A DNA stretch of 64,000 nucleotides, from the NCBI RefSeq assembly GCF_009914755.1, contig NC_060927.1; one strand, given 5' to 3'. Origin of the DNA: the human T2T-CHM13v2.0 reference genome, Homo sapiens. The notes beneath the pieces are model-generated. The model was not told the DNA's origin, searched no databases, and was given only the letters and a program-made list of their open reading frames with translations. Below, one piece after another: positions 46,565 through 59,935 of this stretch (position 1 is the first letter of the stretch; every line of letters begins with the position of its first letter). Position numbers and translations under genes: made by a program.

Positions 46565-47400
46565 TACTCATTCATTCATTCATTCATCATTCCAACAAAT
46601 AATTGACAACATTTATTTTTACTATTATATGTATAGGCATTGAAACACAAAAGAAGCAACATCTAAACTGAGCCATCTAGGAGGATGAGAAAGAAGCCAA
46701 GTGTGGAAGTCAAAGCAACTCCATCTCAGAAGCTAATCTGCCATGTTGACTTCTGATCAGCCTTGGTTCCAGGATTTCCAGTTTATCTATTTTTCCTTGT
46801 TTAAGAGAATGTAATTAAGATAAATCCTGCCTTGATAGCAGATCAACCTTAATAAACTCAACTTTACCATAAATCTTGCCCTTGGGACAATTCCTACCTA
46901 TTCCCTTGATACACAAGTGCCCCTCCCCTGTGGTGTATATTCCCTGAATCTATGGGGTAATGGTGCATGGATCCACCATTTTGTCTCAACACCACCAGAG
47001 ACACAGACTTCTGTTTATAAGCACCTATTAAATGTTTATTTCATAAGCACCTATTAAATGTTTCTTTCTAAGAAACTAGATCTGTCAGCCTTTTTCTTCA
47101 ACCTCTCAGCTTCCTCAGATTTTGGAATAGGTTTGCATAGAACTGCCCCCTGTGAAATACTAAGTATTGGTGTTTCAAAAGGTTGGGGAGAGTGTTCCAG
47201 ATAGAGAAAATCACATGTGCAAAGGCCTATCCAGGAGACAAAGCACAATAGGCTTGAAAAAGCAAAAGTCTGTTACTCTGGAGTATGGAGTTCAAAACGG
47301 CTGACGGTCAGAACAGAAAACAGTGGCCAAATGATGCTGGGCTTTCTAAACCACAATAAAGCATGTGGAAGTAGGAAGCATTTCAAGAGCTTAAACACAA
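46565..47400 (-). mobile_element. L2 3' end split by LTR47
   Basis: (attc)n...caacaaat terminus; gttccag...acatgtgcaaaggcct after the LTR. Confidence 0.65.
46702..47159 (+). mobile_element. LTR47A/B-like solo LTR
   Basis: tgtggaagtcaaagcaactccatct...gccatgttgacttctgat start; TSD ccaag/ctaag. Confidence 0.8.
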
Positions 47401-48127
47401 GTTTCTTGCATCATCTGCCCTGTTTGTTTTGCATATAGGAAAAAGCATATGTGTACCTGCTTTAGAATTTCTGAGGTAGGAACTAGGCTTCCACAGGAGG
47501 AGAGATTTAATTTACAAAGACTTAGCAGGCACCAAAAATCTTTCCTTGTTTTGTTATTGTAGATAAAAATAAAGATATTTCAAGAAATATGAAAATAAAT
47601 GCAATTCTTACTTTTTAATATCTCTTGTATTTCTAAGGTAATTTTGTTAATGTAGAAGCGTAAAAATGTATTAGATCTACTTGTTTGTTCATAAAATGTT
47701 CATGTATTATATATTAAAATATTGTGTACTCAGACAATTACAAATTTACTAGAAGAATTTTCTTAAAATGTGGTAAATTAAACTACAAGCTGCTAAACTG
47801 TAAGAAATATGTTCTCATTCTTGCCAGTTTATAAGAAATAGGCAAAATTGTGAAAACAAGAAATCATCAATATTAAACTATGACAAAGAAAGTTATTATA
47901 TTTTCTTGAATTAGTGTGTTCTAGTACAATGTCAAGCACATACAGAAAGCATTTATTTTCAGGAAAGGAACTTGGGAACAAAGGAAATAAAAATATTGAT
48001 GAAATATTTTTGTCATGTGAGACTTCAGTAATCAATCTCTGGGCCATCTCTCTAAGCATCTTTTGCTTCACCTGATGCTTTATTTTGAAAACTAAATAAA
48101 TTTCCATTGCAGAAAAAGAACCAATTT

Positions 48128-48260
48128 TAGGGCCAGAGATCTGAGTTCTAGAATCATGTGACCTAGAACAAGTCACTTCATTTCTCTGGAATATACCCAG
48201 TTTTCTGAGGTATTTTCCAGCTCTACTGAAATAATGTGGAATGTGACCATAAAGGTGTTT
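48128..48260 (+). mobile_element. MIR fragment
   Basis: gatctgagttctag...tgtgacctagaacaagtcacttcatttctctg core. Confidence 0.65.
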
Positions 48261-49011
48261 GACCCACAAGCGTACATGTCCCTGTGTGGGAAGGGTGTAA
48301 TTAGGAGCAGAAATGGCTGGATGAGGTGGATCAGAAAGAAAATACTTTTCATGAAGCTGGAATACACACTTGCTTGTGGGGAATGAGGGGAGATGTAGGA
48401 AGAGCAATAGGAAAAGGAGTGAAAGAGAGGGAGTAACAAGAGGAAAAAGTTATTTTCCACTCAGGAATCCTGTGGGCATTCTGTTTGTTGTCTTTCCCCC
48501 TCCTAATTGGGGGAGCACAAAACATAGTCGAGCATCTCTTTGGGGTTAGAATTTGAATGTTAGAAAAGAAAAGGACTCTTTCATCTTAATGAAGAAATCA
48601 GCAATATAAAAGTGGAATTTGACATCTTCATATATCAGCTTCTAAATCAATGTTGATGTAGCTTTCATATATTCTTTAAAAATATTAATATTACTCTTCA
48701 AAGTGCTTGAATAGTACAGTTTAGAAAACAGTAACAACTGTTCTGGTTAAATGATAGCCATTTCCAAAGGTAACATAAATCAAATAAACCTGAACAATCA
48801 CAAGAATATTGATCTGACCTGTTAGAGTTATAAACAGTGCCATAATTGTACATTGTTATTGCTTCCACTTTGTTCTTAATAAGTGCATGTCTACAAAGGG
48901 AATAGGTTCATTCACTGACTACAAAAGAAAAATAGTTTTAGATAGATAAGAGCATACAGTAGAGAATGAATGGAGCTAATTCCAACCAATGTGGTGCTGA
49001 AAGGGTTCTTG

Positions 49012-49452
49012 TGTAGTAAAGAATTTAATCTTCCTCCAAAGAGGTCTGGCCTTTCTTCTTCTGAGTCTGGGAGGTGATCTCGGAGATATCAAACCTCATA
49101 GGAGTATCTTTGTTTGCCTGGATTATGTTACCTTTTGAAACAGGATCCTTTCAATCAGGATGGATAGTCTAATGATGTAAATTAGAGTAGAAGCTACCCA
49201 TACTTTACAGTCTTAGAGTGGGAGTTTACCACTCCGTATAGAGCAACCATATTATTTAGGATTGGGGCTTTGGGTCACACTTGAGAGATCTGGTCAATCG
49301 ATTAATCATGTTTGTGTAAAGAATCCCCTATAAAACTCTGAACACCAAGGTTGGGATAAATTTTTCTGGTTGGCAATGCCAGGAGACTATTATATTCTCA
49401 CTGTGGGGAAAGAAGAATGGGAAACCTCACATTTGGTACTTCTGGACTCCAC
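49012..49452 (+). mobile_element. MER21C-like LTR split by the MST provirus (resumes 51848-51895)
   Basis: tgtagtaaagaatttaa...gaggtctggcc...ataaaactctgaacacc; ccctatgtg continuation. Confidence 0.75.
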
Positions 49453-51847
49453 TGATATGTTTTGGATTTGTGTCCCTGCCCAAATCCTATGACAAATTGG
49501 AGGACGGGCCTTGTGGAGGGTGATTGGATCATGGAGGCAGATTTTCTTCTTGCTGTTCTCATGATAGTCAGTGAGTTTTCAAGAGACCTGATGGTTTAAA
49601 AATGTATAGGACGTTCCCCTTCACTCAATCTCTCTCTCCTGCTCTGCCATAGTAAAGATGTGCTTGCTTCCTCTTCAACATCAGCCATGATTGTAAGTTT
49701 CCTGAGGCCTCCCAGTCATGCTTTCTGTAAAGCTTGTAGAACCATGAGTCAATTAAACCTCTTTTCTTCATAAATTACCCAGTCTCAGGTAGCTCTTTAT
49801 AGCAATGTGAAAACAGACTAATATAGAAAATTTGTACTAGAAGTGGGTTACTGCTAAAAAGAAACCTGAAAATGTCGAAGCAACTTTGAAACTAGGTAAT
49901 GGGCAGAGGTTGGAACAGTTTGGAGGACTCAGAAGAAGACAGGAAGATGTGAGAAAGTTTGGAAGTTCCTAGAGACTTGTTGAATGGTTTTGATCAAAAT
50001 TCTGATAGTCATATGGATAATGAAGATCAGGCTGAGGTGGTCTGAGATGGAGATGGGGAACTTTTTGGGACCTAGTGCAAAGGTCACTCTTGCTATGCTT
50101 TAGCAAGACATTTGTGGCATTGTGCCCCTGCTCTAGGGATCTGTAGAACTTTGACCTTGAGAGAGATGATTTACGATATCTGGCAGAAGAAATTTCTAAG
50201 CAACAAAGCATTCAAGATGTGGACTGGCTGCTCCTAACAGCATACAGTCATGCATACACAAAGAGATGGCCTCAAATTGGAACTTACGTTTAAAAGGAAA
50301 GCAAAGTGTAAAAGTTTGTAAAACATGCAGGCTTACCATGTGGTAGGAAAAGAAAAAACATTTTCTGGGGAGAAATTCAAGCCTCCAGGTGTAGATATTT
50401 GCATATGTAAAAAGGAGATTTAATTTTCAAGACAGTGGGAAAGATGTCTGTAGGGCATGTCAGAGATCTTCACAGCAGCCCCTCTTATTACAGGCCCAGA
50501 GGCCTAGGAGGATAAAATGATTTTGTGGGCTGGGCCCAGGGACCCATTGCTCTGTAAAGGCTCAGGACACGGTGCCCTGCATCCCAGACACTCTAACACC
50601 AGCCATGACTAAAAGGGTCCAAGGTACAGCTAAGGCCCTTGCTTCAGAGGGTACAACCCCCAAGCATTGGTAGTTTCCAAGTGGTGTTGGGCCTGTAGAT
50701 GCACAGAAGGAAAGGGTTTAGGTTTGGGAATCTCCACATAGATTTCAGAGGACGTTTTAGAAATGCCTGGATGTCCAGGCAAAAGTTTGCTAGTGGTGCA
50801 GAATCCTCATGGAGAACCTTTACTAGGACAGTGCAGTTGGGAAATGTGGCGTTGGACCCCCACAGAGTCCCCCCAGGAGTACTTCCTAGTATAGCTGTGA
50901 GAAGAGGGTCATCATCCTCCAGACCCCAGAATGGTACAGCCACCGACAGTTTGCACTGTGCACTTGGAAAAGCTGCAAACACTCAATGCCAGCCTGTGAA
51001 AGCAGTCTCAGGGGCTGTACCCTGCAGAGCCACAGGGGTGGAGCTGTCCAAGGCTTTGGGTGCCCACCTCTTGCATCAGCATGACCTGGATGTGAGGCAT
51101 GGAATCAAAGGAGATTATTTGGGAGCTGTAAGATTTAATGACAACTCTGCTAGGTTTTGAAATTGCATGCGGTCTGTAGCCTCTTTGTTTTGGCCAATTT
51201 ATCCTATTTCAAATGGGTGCATTTACCCAAGGCCTACGCTCACATTGTATCTTGAAAATAACTTGGTTTTGATTTTACAGGTTGATAGGCAGAAGGGATT
51301 TGCTTTGTCTCAGATCAGACTTTGGACTTGGACTTTTGGGTTAATGCTGGAATGAGTTGACTTTGTGGGACTGTTGGTAAGGCATAATTGCATTTTGAAA
51401 TAAGAGAATGACCTAAGGTTTGGGAGGGCAAATGGTATTGTCCCTGCCCAAATCTCATGTCTAATTGGAGGAAATCCATTTTGCCCCAGGGGCAAAATGA
51501 TATTGTCCCTGCCCAAATCTCATGTCTAATTGGAGGAAAAGCCTGGTGTTAGGTGATTGGATCATGGGGGCAGGTTTCCCCTTTGCTGTTCTCATGATAA
51601 TGAGTTCTCAAGTGAACTGATGGTTTAAAAGCATGTGGCATTTCTCCCTTCACTCTATCTCCCCTGCTCTACCATGGTAAAGACATGCTTGCTTCCACTT
51701 CACCTTCTGTAATGATTGTAAATTTTCTGAGGGCTCCCAGTCATCCTTGCTGTTAAGCTGGCATAACTGAGTCAATTAAACCTTTTTTCTTTGTAAATTA
51801 CCCAGTTTCAGGTAGTTCCTTATAGCAGTGTGAAACGGACTAATATA
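49453..51847 (+). mobile_element. Full-length MSTA-like ERVL-MaLR provirus (LTRs 49453-49825 and ~51498-51847)
   Basis: Two similar LTRs ending ctaatata; internal region homologous to 27965-29755; TSD tccac/tctac. Confidence 0.9.
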
Positions 51848-51924
51848 TCTACCCTATGTGCTACTTCTCTTGGCTTATTTTAATCTGTGTTAATTTTTTT
51901 GGGGGGGTGGAGTGCTGCATTTAG

Positions 51925-54190
51925 ATCATTCACCTCCTTGATTAGATTTGTTCCTAAGTACAATATTGTGTGCATATGTATTTACAATTGATATCTTCTC
52001 TTGATTAATTGACCCCTTTATCTTTATATAGTGATCTTTGTCTCCTTTTACAGTTTTTGACTTAAAGTCTACTTTGTCTAATATAAGTATAGCTACTCTT
52101 TTCTCTTTTGGTTTCCATTTGCATGGAATATCTTTTTCTGTCCCCAGGTGATGTGAGTCTCCTGTGATCAACATACAGTTGGTTCTTCTTCTCTTTTTTA
52201 ATCTAGCCATTCTATGTCTTTTGATTAGAGAATTTAATCCATTTACATTTAAGGTAATTATTGATAGGTAGGACTTACTATTGCCATTTTGTTATTGTTT
52301 TCTGTTTTATAGATCTTCAATCCTTTCTTTTTATTACGTTCTTTCTCCTTGTGAATTGACGATTTTGGTGTGCTTTGATTCCTTTCACTTTATCTTTTGT
52401 TTATCTACTATAGGTTTTCAATTTGTAACTACCATGAGGCCTATGTAAAACATTTTATATTTAAAACAGGCCATTTTAAGCTAATGAGAACTTGTAACCT
52501 CCATCAAATATAAAAACTGTATTTCTGATTCTTCTGCCATATTTTAAGTTTTGATGTCACAATTTACTTTTGTAAATTGTAACAAAATTATAATTTGTGT
52601 CTGTTAACAAATTGATGTAACTGTAGTTATATTTAATACTTTTGCCTTTTACCTTTATACTAGAAATATAAGTAATTTACACACCACAATTATAGTATCA
52701 GAGTACTTTGAATTTGACTATGTACTTACTTTTACAAGTGATTTTATAGTTTAATATATTTCCATGTTACTAATATTAGGACTTTCTTTGCTGTTTCTTG
52801 TAAAGCAAGTCTAATGGAGAGTTTTTGTTTGCCTGGGAAAATTTTTATTTATCCTTAATTTCTTAAGGATAGCCTTAGCAGTTAAAAGTGTTTTTAGTTG
52901 GCAGTTTTGTTTTTCTGTTACCACTTTGAATATATCATCTCACTCTACACTGGCCTACAAAATTTCCACTACGAAATCCACTGAGAGCCTCATAGAGGTT
53001 TTCTTGTATGTGAGGATCTTTTTCTCTTGCTGCCTTCAAGATTCTCTCTTTGTCCTTGAGTTTTAAGAGCTTGTTTATAATATGTTTTGTTGTAGTCTTG
53101 TTTGGATGAATCTGATTGGAGATAATTGAGCTTCTCATACTCATATATTTACATCTTTCCCATATTTGTTAATTTTTCAGCTACAATTTCTTTAAATAAG
53201 CTTCCTGTCCCTTTATTTCTTCTCTTTATTATGTTCTAAAAATGATGATGTTATCTCTCGCGAGGCTATCCCATGAATCTTGTGGGCTTTCTTTATTCCT
53301 TTTCATTTTTTTCCTTTTCCTCCTCTGACTATATATTTTCAAATAATTTGCCTTTGAGTTCATGACATCTTTTTTTATGCTGTAGGTTAATTCTTGTGTT
53401 GAGTGTTTACTGCATTTTTTACGTTGTTCATTGTGTTCTTCAGCTCCAGAATTTCTTTTTGATTCTTCTTTATCATTTTAATCTGTTAATCTTATTTTAC
53501 TCAGGTATTATTTTGCTGATTTTGTTGAATTATCTATCTGTGATTTTTTGAAGTTCAGTATCTTCCATAAGACAATTATTATGAATTCTTAGGTAATTTG
53601 TAGATCTCCATTTTTGGGGTTTAGTTACTAGAAAATTATGGTGGGTTTTTTTTTTAGATGTTATTCTTCCTTGGTTGTTCATGTTTCTTATTTTCTTGTG
53701 TTGCCTCCTTCACCCTTAATGGAGCAGTCCCCTTTCCCAGACATTATAGACTATTTTCGACGGGAGATACTTTCCACTGTAAGTGGATGCAAGGGCACCA
53801 AGTGTGTGAGGTGTGACAGTTCTGGCTCCAGTGAGGGCACAGCAGGTAGTCTCTGTGAAACTCTATCAGCTAATGACAATGTTCACAAAGATTACAGAAG
53901 TCCTCACTATCCACTGAGGTGGTGAGGTCTATAGGTATCTTTCATGGAAAGGGCTGCTAGGGTCTTCCTGATCTTATTTTATCCCACCAGGGAAATGTTG
54001 CCAAGGAGATCCCTCTTGGTTTGATGGCACACTTGCAGCACCAGTGGCAACAGTGTGTTATATGCAGTGCCATAAAGTGGCAAAAGAGCCAGTCTGAAAC
54101 ACAGACACATGTAGAAAGTCCAAGCCTCCAGTGTCCAGGACAGCAATGGCACCAAGGTCTGAGGTGCATATGCCCCCACTGCCATATTGG
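51925..54190 (-). mobile_element. Old L1M 5' half (ORF2 start, ORF1, 5' UTR)
   Basis: Minus ORFs RVAILILDKVDFKSK (endonuclease) and KHIINKLLKLKDKERILKAAREK (ORF1p). Confidence 0.8.
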
Positions 54191-54773
54191 ACACTGTATT
54201 ACTCATAATTAGTGACTGTATTAGTCATGATATTATCCTGAGATCATACATAATCTTCAAATATAGACAATAATAAGGTCATAATTACACCTAACATAAT
54301 ACAACTATCTTTTGTACAACTGGAAACACACCAATCCCCACCCAAATACTGTTACATAAAGTTTATAATACTTAAATGCTGATGTGAAGTCAATAAATCT
54401 TATGTCACATGATAACAGTGAAAGGAAATAAAATGAAGATGTTTATTAGTACAAGTGCATACATGCACAAACATGTTTTTAACAAAAGGAGGAAATACTC
54501 TTGACAATTACAGTCCTCGTTTCTGCAGCTGGTCACATGGTCATAGCTGATGTTGATGACTACCTTCTTCTACTACCCATTCTGTATTCCCTTTGCTTTC
54601 AGCAAGCACCTCAGTATGTTGTGGTTTTTTTCCTGGAGGAGTAACCCAAACTTTCATTCCTGAAGGTTCTGGGTCATTTGCAGTCCTGCCTGGATTGGGC
54701 TGTTGTAGTTTCCCATTGACCCTAATCACAGGCCATGGTAATACTCAGGGATACCCTAATAGATATCCTATAT

Positions 54774-54971
54774 TTAATGCATACTCTTCCTACCTCTGTT
54801 GTCGAGTAGTAGGCTGACTTTATCTTGATAGTTAGGATCCATCACCCCAGTCAACACTGTAACTCCCTTCTTAGCCTGTTGACTTAAAGGTAGGAGGAGC
54901 ACAAAGTGTCCAGGTGGCAATCTTAACTTCCAGTTTAATGGAATTGTTGTTGTGTCTTCTGGTGGCAGCAT
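54774..54971 (-). pseudogene. ERV-L dUTPase remnant
   Basis: IPLNWKLRLPPGHFVLLLP...GVTVLTGVMDPNYQ resembles the dUTPase GVIDxDY motif. Confidence 0.85.
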
Positions 54972-54994
54972 TCCTCCTTTTGGAACTAAGACCT

Positions 54995-57950
54995 CTAGTC
55001 CAGCAGAACGTAATGTTGTGGGAACAGTAAGAAAAGTTTTGCTAATGGATCATTAGGGGTGGTAGTGAGTGGTGTCACTTCCACTTCTACCCCTTGATTC
55101 ATGGACCGGTGAATCCTGGCTATGGGAGAAACAGTACTATATATTGAATGCTGATTCAGAGCATATATGGCCTTCTGCAGAACTTTGCCCCAGCCCTGAA
55201 AAATATCATCAGCTAGTTGATGTTTTAATTGTGACTTCAAAGGGCCATTCCATGATTCTATCAATCTAGCTGCTTCAGGATGATGGAGAACATGGTAGGC
55301 CAGTGAATTCCATGAGCACAAGCCCACTGCTGAACTTCTTTAGCTGTAAAGTGAGTGCCTTGGTCGGTGGCAATGTTGTGTGGAATACTATGACAGTGGA
55401 TAAGGCATTCTGTGAGTCCATGGATGGTAGTCTTGGAAGAAGCATTGCATGCAGGATAGGCAAACCCGTATCTGGAGTAAATGTCTATTCCAGCAAGAAT
55501 GAACTTCTGCCCTTTCCATGATGGAAGCGGCCAAATATAATTCACCTGCCACCAGGTAACTGGCTGATCACCCCTAGAAATGGTGCCATATCAAGGGCTC
55601 AGTGTTGGTCTTTGCTGCTGGCAAATTGGGCACTCAGCAGTGGCCATAGCTAGGTCAGCCCTTGTAAGTGGAAGTCCATGTTGCTAAGCGCATGTATAAC
55701 CTCCATCCCTGCCACTATGGCCACATTGTTCATGGACCCATTGGGTGATAACAGGGGTGGCTGGGGAAAGAGGCTTTGTGGTATCCACAGAATGGGTCAT
55801 TCTATCCTCTTATTAAAAACCTCCCCTGCTGAGGTCACCTGTTGGTGAGCACTCACATGGGAAACAAATATCTTCATGGTTTTTGACCACTCAGAGAGGT
55901 CCACCCACTTACCTCTTCCCCAAATTTCTTTCTCACCAATTTTCCAATTCTGCTTCTTCCAAATTCCTGATCATCCAGCCAAACCATTGGCTACAGCCCA
56001 TAAATCAGTGTATAATTTCACATCTGGCTATTTCTCCTTCCATGCAAAGTGCACAACCAAGTGCACCACTCGAAGTTCTGCCCACTGGGAAGACTTGCCT
56101 TCACAGTTGTCCTTCAGGGATGTCCTAGAGAGGGGCTGTAGTGCTACAGCTGTCCACTTTCAGGTGGTGCTGCAGCTATCCACTTTCGGGTGGTGCCTGT
56201 ATATTATGCAAAACCATCTGTGAACTAGGCCCTAGTCTTCTCTTCCTCTGTCAGCTGATCATAAGGACATCCCCATGAGGCCATCAGTGCAGGCTGGGGT
56301 TGAGAAGGCATGGTGGGAGGAGTGGAGACCATGGACATTTGAGCCACTTCTTCATGTAACTTATTTGTGCCTTCAAGACCTCCTCAAGCCCAATCAAGTA
56401 TATACCACTTCCATTTGATGATGGAATGCTGCTATACATGACCCACTTTATGGGTAGATGGGTCAGAAAGCACCCAGTTCATAATAGGCAGTTCAGATCG
56501 CATAGTGACTTGATGACCCATAGTCAAACCTTCAGTTTCCACCAAAGTCAAGTAACAGGCCAAGAGCAGTCTCTCAAAAGGAGAGTAGTTATCTGAAGAT
56601 GATGGCAGGGCCTTGCTCCAAAATCCTAAAGGCCTCTACTGTGATTCACCTAGAGGGGCCTGCCAAAGGCTCCAAACAGCATCCATATCTGCCCCTGATG
56701 CCTCAAACACCATTGGATCTGCTGAGTCATATGGCCCAAGTGGCAGGGCAGCTTAGACAGCAGGCTGGACTGTTGTCGAGCCTTCTCCTGTTCTGGACCT
56801 CACTCAAAACTGGCAGGCTTTTGGGTCACTCAACAAGTGGGCCAGAGTAACACACCCAAATGAGTAATGTGTTGCCTCCAAAATCCAAATAGGCCCACTA
56901 GACGTTGTGCCTCTTTCTTGGTTGTAGGAGGGGCCAAATGCAGCAACTTTTCCTTCCTTAGAAGGAATATCTCAACAGACCCCACACCGCAGAACCCCTA
57001 GAAATTTTACCGATGTAGAATGTCCCTGAATTTTAGTCAGATTTACTTCCCATCCTCTGGCATGCAAATGTCTCACCGATAAGTCCACTGTGTTTGCTAC
57101 TTCTTGCTCACTGGATCCAACCAGCATAATGTCATCAATGTAATGAACAAGTGTGATATCTTGAGGAAGGAAAAAGTGATTGGATCTCTCTAAATAACGT
57201 TATGACACAAAGCCAGAGAGTTGACATACCCCTGAGGTAGGACAGTAAATGTATATTGCTGGCCTTGCCAGCTGAAGACAAATTGCTTCTGGTGGGTCTT
57301 ATGGATAGGAATGAGGAAAAAGGTATTTGTCAAGTCAATGGCTGAATACCTGGTACCAGGAGATGTGTTAATTTGCTCATGCAATGAAACCACATCTGGT
57401 ACTGCAGCTGCAATTGGAGTCACCACTTGGTTGAGTTTATGATAATCCACTGTCATTCTCCAAGATCCATCTGTCTTCTGCACAGGCCAAATAGGAGAAT
57501 TGAATGGGGATGTGGTAGGAATCACCACCCCTGTGTCTTTCAAGTCCTTGATGGTGGAACTAATCTCCACAGTGCCTCCAGAGATTAGGTAGTGTTTTTG
57601 ATTTACTATTTTTCTAGGTAGAGGCAGCTCTAATGGCTTCCAGTGGGTCTTTCCCACCATAATAGTCCTCACTCTATCAGTCAGCGAGCCAATGTGGGAG
57701 TTCTGCCAGCCGCTAAGTATGTGTATGGCAATTACGCACTCAGGTACTGGGGAAATGACAACAGGATATGTCTGGGGACCCACAGGACCCACTGTGTGTC
57801 AGTACTGAGCTAAAACTCCATTAATTACCTCACCTCCATAAGCTCCTACCTCAACTGGAGGACCACAATGACGTTTTGTGTCCCTTGAAATCAATATCAG
57901 CACAGAGCCAGTGTCCTGTAGTCCCTGAAATGTATGTTCATTTCCCTTTC
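54995..57950 (-). pseudogene. HERV-L pol (protease-RT-RNase H-integrase), frameshifted
   Basis: 200-aa RT ORF 57190-57792; LVHYIDDIM at 57125-57151; integrase motifs GIDIYSRYGFA, TDQGTHF and IESWNG in separate frames. Confidence 0.9.
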
Positions 57951-58069
57951 CCCAATACACAGTTACTCTGGTAAAGGCAGGAGGTATCCTTGGGGAAGGA
58001 TGGAAGAAATATTCATAGCATAAATTGTCAGTAATGTAGTGGAGTCCTTCCTCAAGGGGATCCAGTCAC

Positions 58070-59780
58070 CCTTTCATTCAGTGGGTTCTGGGTCTGTAAA
58101 CTGGCTCAAGTCTGGAAATTGATTGAGGGGCCATGATTCTCTGTTTTTATAATTCAAATAAGTCTTTTGTCCATTCGACCTAGAAGTTTTTTTCTGCTTA
58201 TATAAATTAGGTAGGAATGCAGTAGGCTTCCTATCCATTTTACTTCTAGGAACACCATGATTCATTAGCCAATGCTAGAGCTCTACTTGAGTCAGATTAT
58301 TCAGATTGTCACTTTGCCTCTGCTGTCCATTACAGTAGCTACACTCAATTGCCTTTGATGGGTGATTACCTCCACTTGGTTCTTCCCACCTCAGGATCCA
58401 ATTATTCCCATTGAAATTGGGAATCTTTTAGTTGAGTGACTGAGGCTCCCACTGTTAGATCTGACATACAGAAAAGAGCAATTACAGGGCTCTTCAAAGA
58501 TGCAGGTGCTGCCCTCACACGTCTATTCTGTAAGGCATTGGTCAAGTGTGTATCTTCTGGATGCTTCCAGCTGGTAGGTCTAAAGTGACTAATCCACTCC
58601 ACCATCCCAATCTCCCTAAGCCTTTGGATCCCTTCCTCTGCATTAAACCAAGGGAGATCAGGCATTTCCAGCTTACTCACTGTGGGCCATCTTTTAATCC
58701 ATATTTCAGCTAACCAAGCAAATAAACTATTAGAACCTTTTTTAACTCCCTGAGCTGAAACATTAAATGCAGAGTCCCTACTTCGTGGCCCAAATCAGTA
58801 AATTCAGCCTTATCCAACTCTATGTTCCTTGCACCATTATCCCATGCCCTTAATGTCAATTCCCATGCCTGTTCCCCAGATTTCTGTTTATATAAATTAG
58901 AAACTCAAGCAGTTCTTTTCAAGTGTAGCCCACCTCCTCATGAGTCACACTCTCAATATCACCTCTAGGGTCCCGCCAGAACTTTAGTCTAGTTATAGGT
59001 CTAGAAGCAAACAGGAATGTTGGGGATGGCTCCTGAGGAGAATCAACATTATCTTTCTGGGCAACTGCCTCAGGGGAGGTCACCATGATTCCTCAGGCAG
59101 TGCAGGGAAGGCTGATGGCAGCATGGGTTGGGGAGGAGTTGTTGCCACTGCTGGGGATGAGGAAACTGTTTCTTCTGACAAAAAAAGGTTCATCAGAGTT
59201 TACAAACTCAGCATCCCCAGCTTCATCAGGGTCTTTCCACACATCCCCATTCCAAGTTGCAGGGTTCCATTCTTTTTCAATCAATGCCCTCACTTTAACA
59301 GTAGACAACTGGTAAGGCTGTGCATGCACCTTTTGTTGCAGGTCAGCCACTCTCACACTAAGAGCTTGTGTCTGTTTTTCCACAATTTCAGCTCTTTCTC
59401 TACAGGAGATAAGACTCTCACTCAGGGCAATCTTAGCATATTTGAGGCTTGGTATCTGCTTCTCAAGTGGGGAGATAGAATTTCTGAGTTCATCATTTTC
59501 TTTCATCACTTTGTCTACTGAACTTAAGAGCAACAAACCAGCTTCATTATGTTCCTTGGTTCTCCACATATGATCAAAAGTATTCTGTATAGAGTCACCA
59601 AACTCCTTGCCTCTCATGAGTGATGAATCAGGAGGATCAAATGCATTTATTTTTCATATCCCTCTAAACATTTTATACCAAGGACTATCAGTGTTCTTCA
59701 TACTACTGGAAGTAGAGTCCTTAGCATTTTGGGGTCTAATCATATTAAGCAGCCAACTCCAGAAACCACAAAACCAGTGA
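58070..59780 (-). pseudogene. HERV-L gag, disrupted
   Basis: KVRALIEKEWNPATWNGDVW and EEGIQRLREIGMVEWI ERV-L Gag motifs. Confidence 0.88.
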
Positions 59781-59812
59781 AAAAACTCTATTCTTATTAT
59801 ATTGTTCCTCTA

Positions 59813-59830
59813 GAATCACTCCTGCTACCA
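59813..59830 (-). promoter_or_regulatory. Primer-binding site (tRNA-Leu type, as expected for ERV-L)
   Basis: Minus strand TGGTAGCAGGAGTGATTC, 5 nt inside the 5' LTR boundary. Confidence 0.8.
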
Positions 59831-59835
59831 AAATC

Positions 59836-59896
59836 TGTATTAAGCAGGGTTCTCCAGAGGGACATAAGTAATGGAATATATATATACACACACACG

Positions 59897-59935
<39 letters not shown>

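Larger units (their letters stand above)
54228..59835 (-). mobile_element. HERV-L internal region (gag, pol, dUTPase; no env); 3' LTR essentially missing
   Basis: gag-like ORFs 59617-58074; RT ([28 protein letters not shown]); integrase; dUTPase downstream of integrase. Confidence 0.95.

Noticed and set aside
47829-48407. 192-aa minus-strand ORF
   Set aside because: Non-ATG start, overlaps a MIR, AT-biased composition and no recognisable domain; probably chance.
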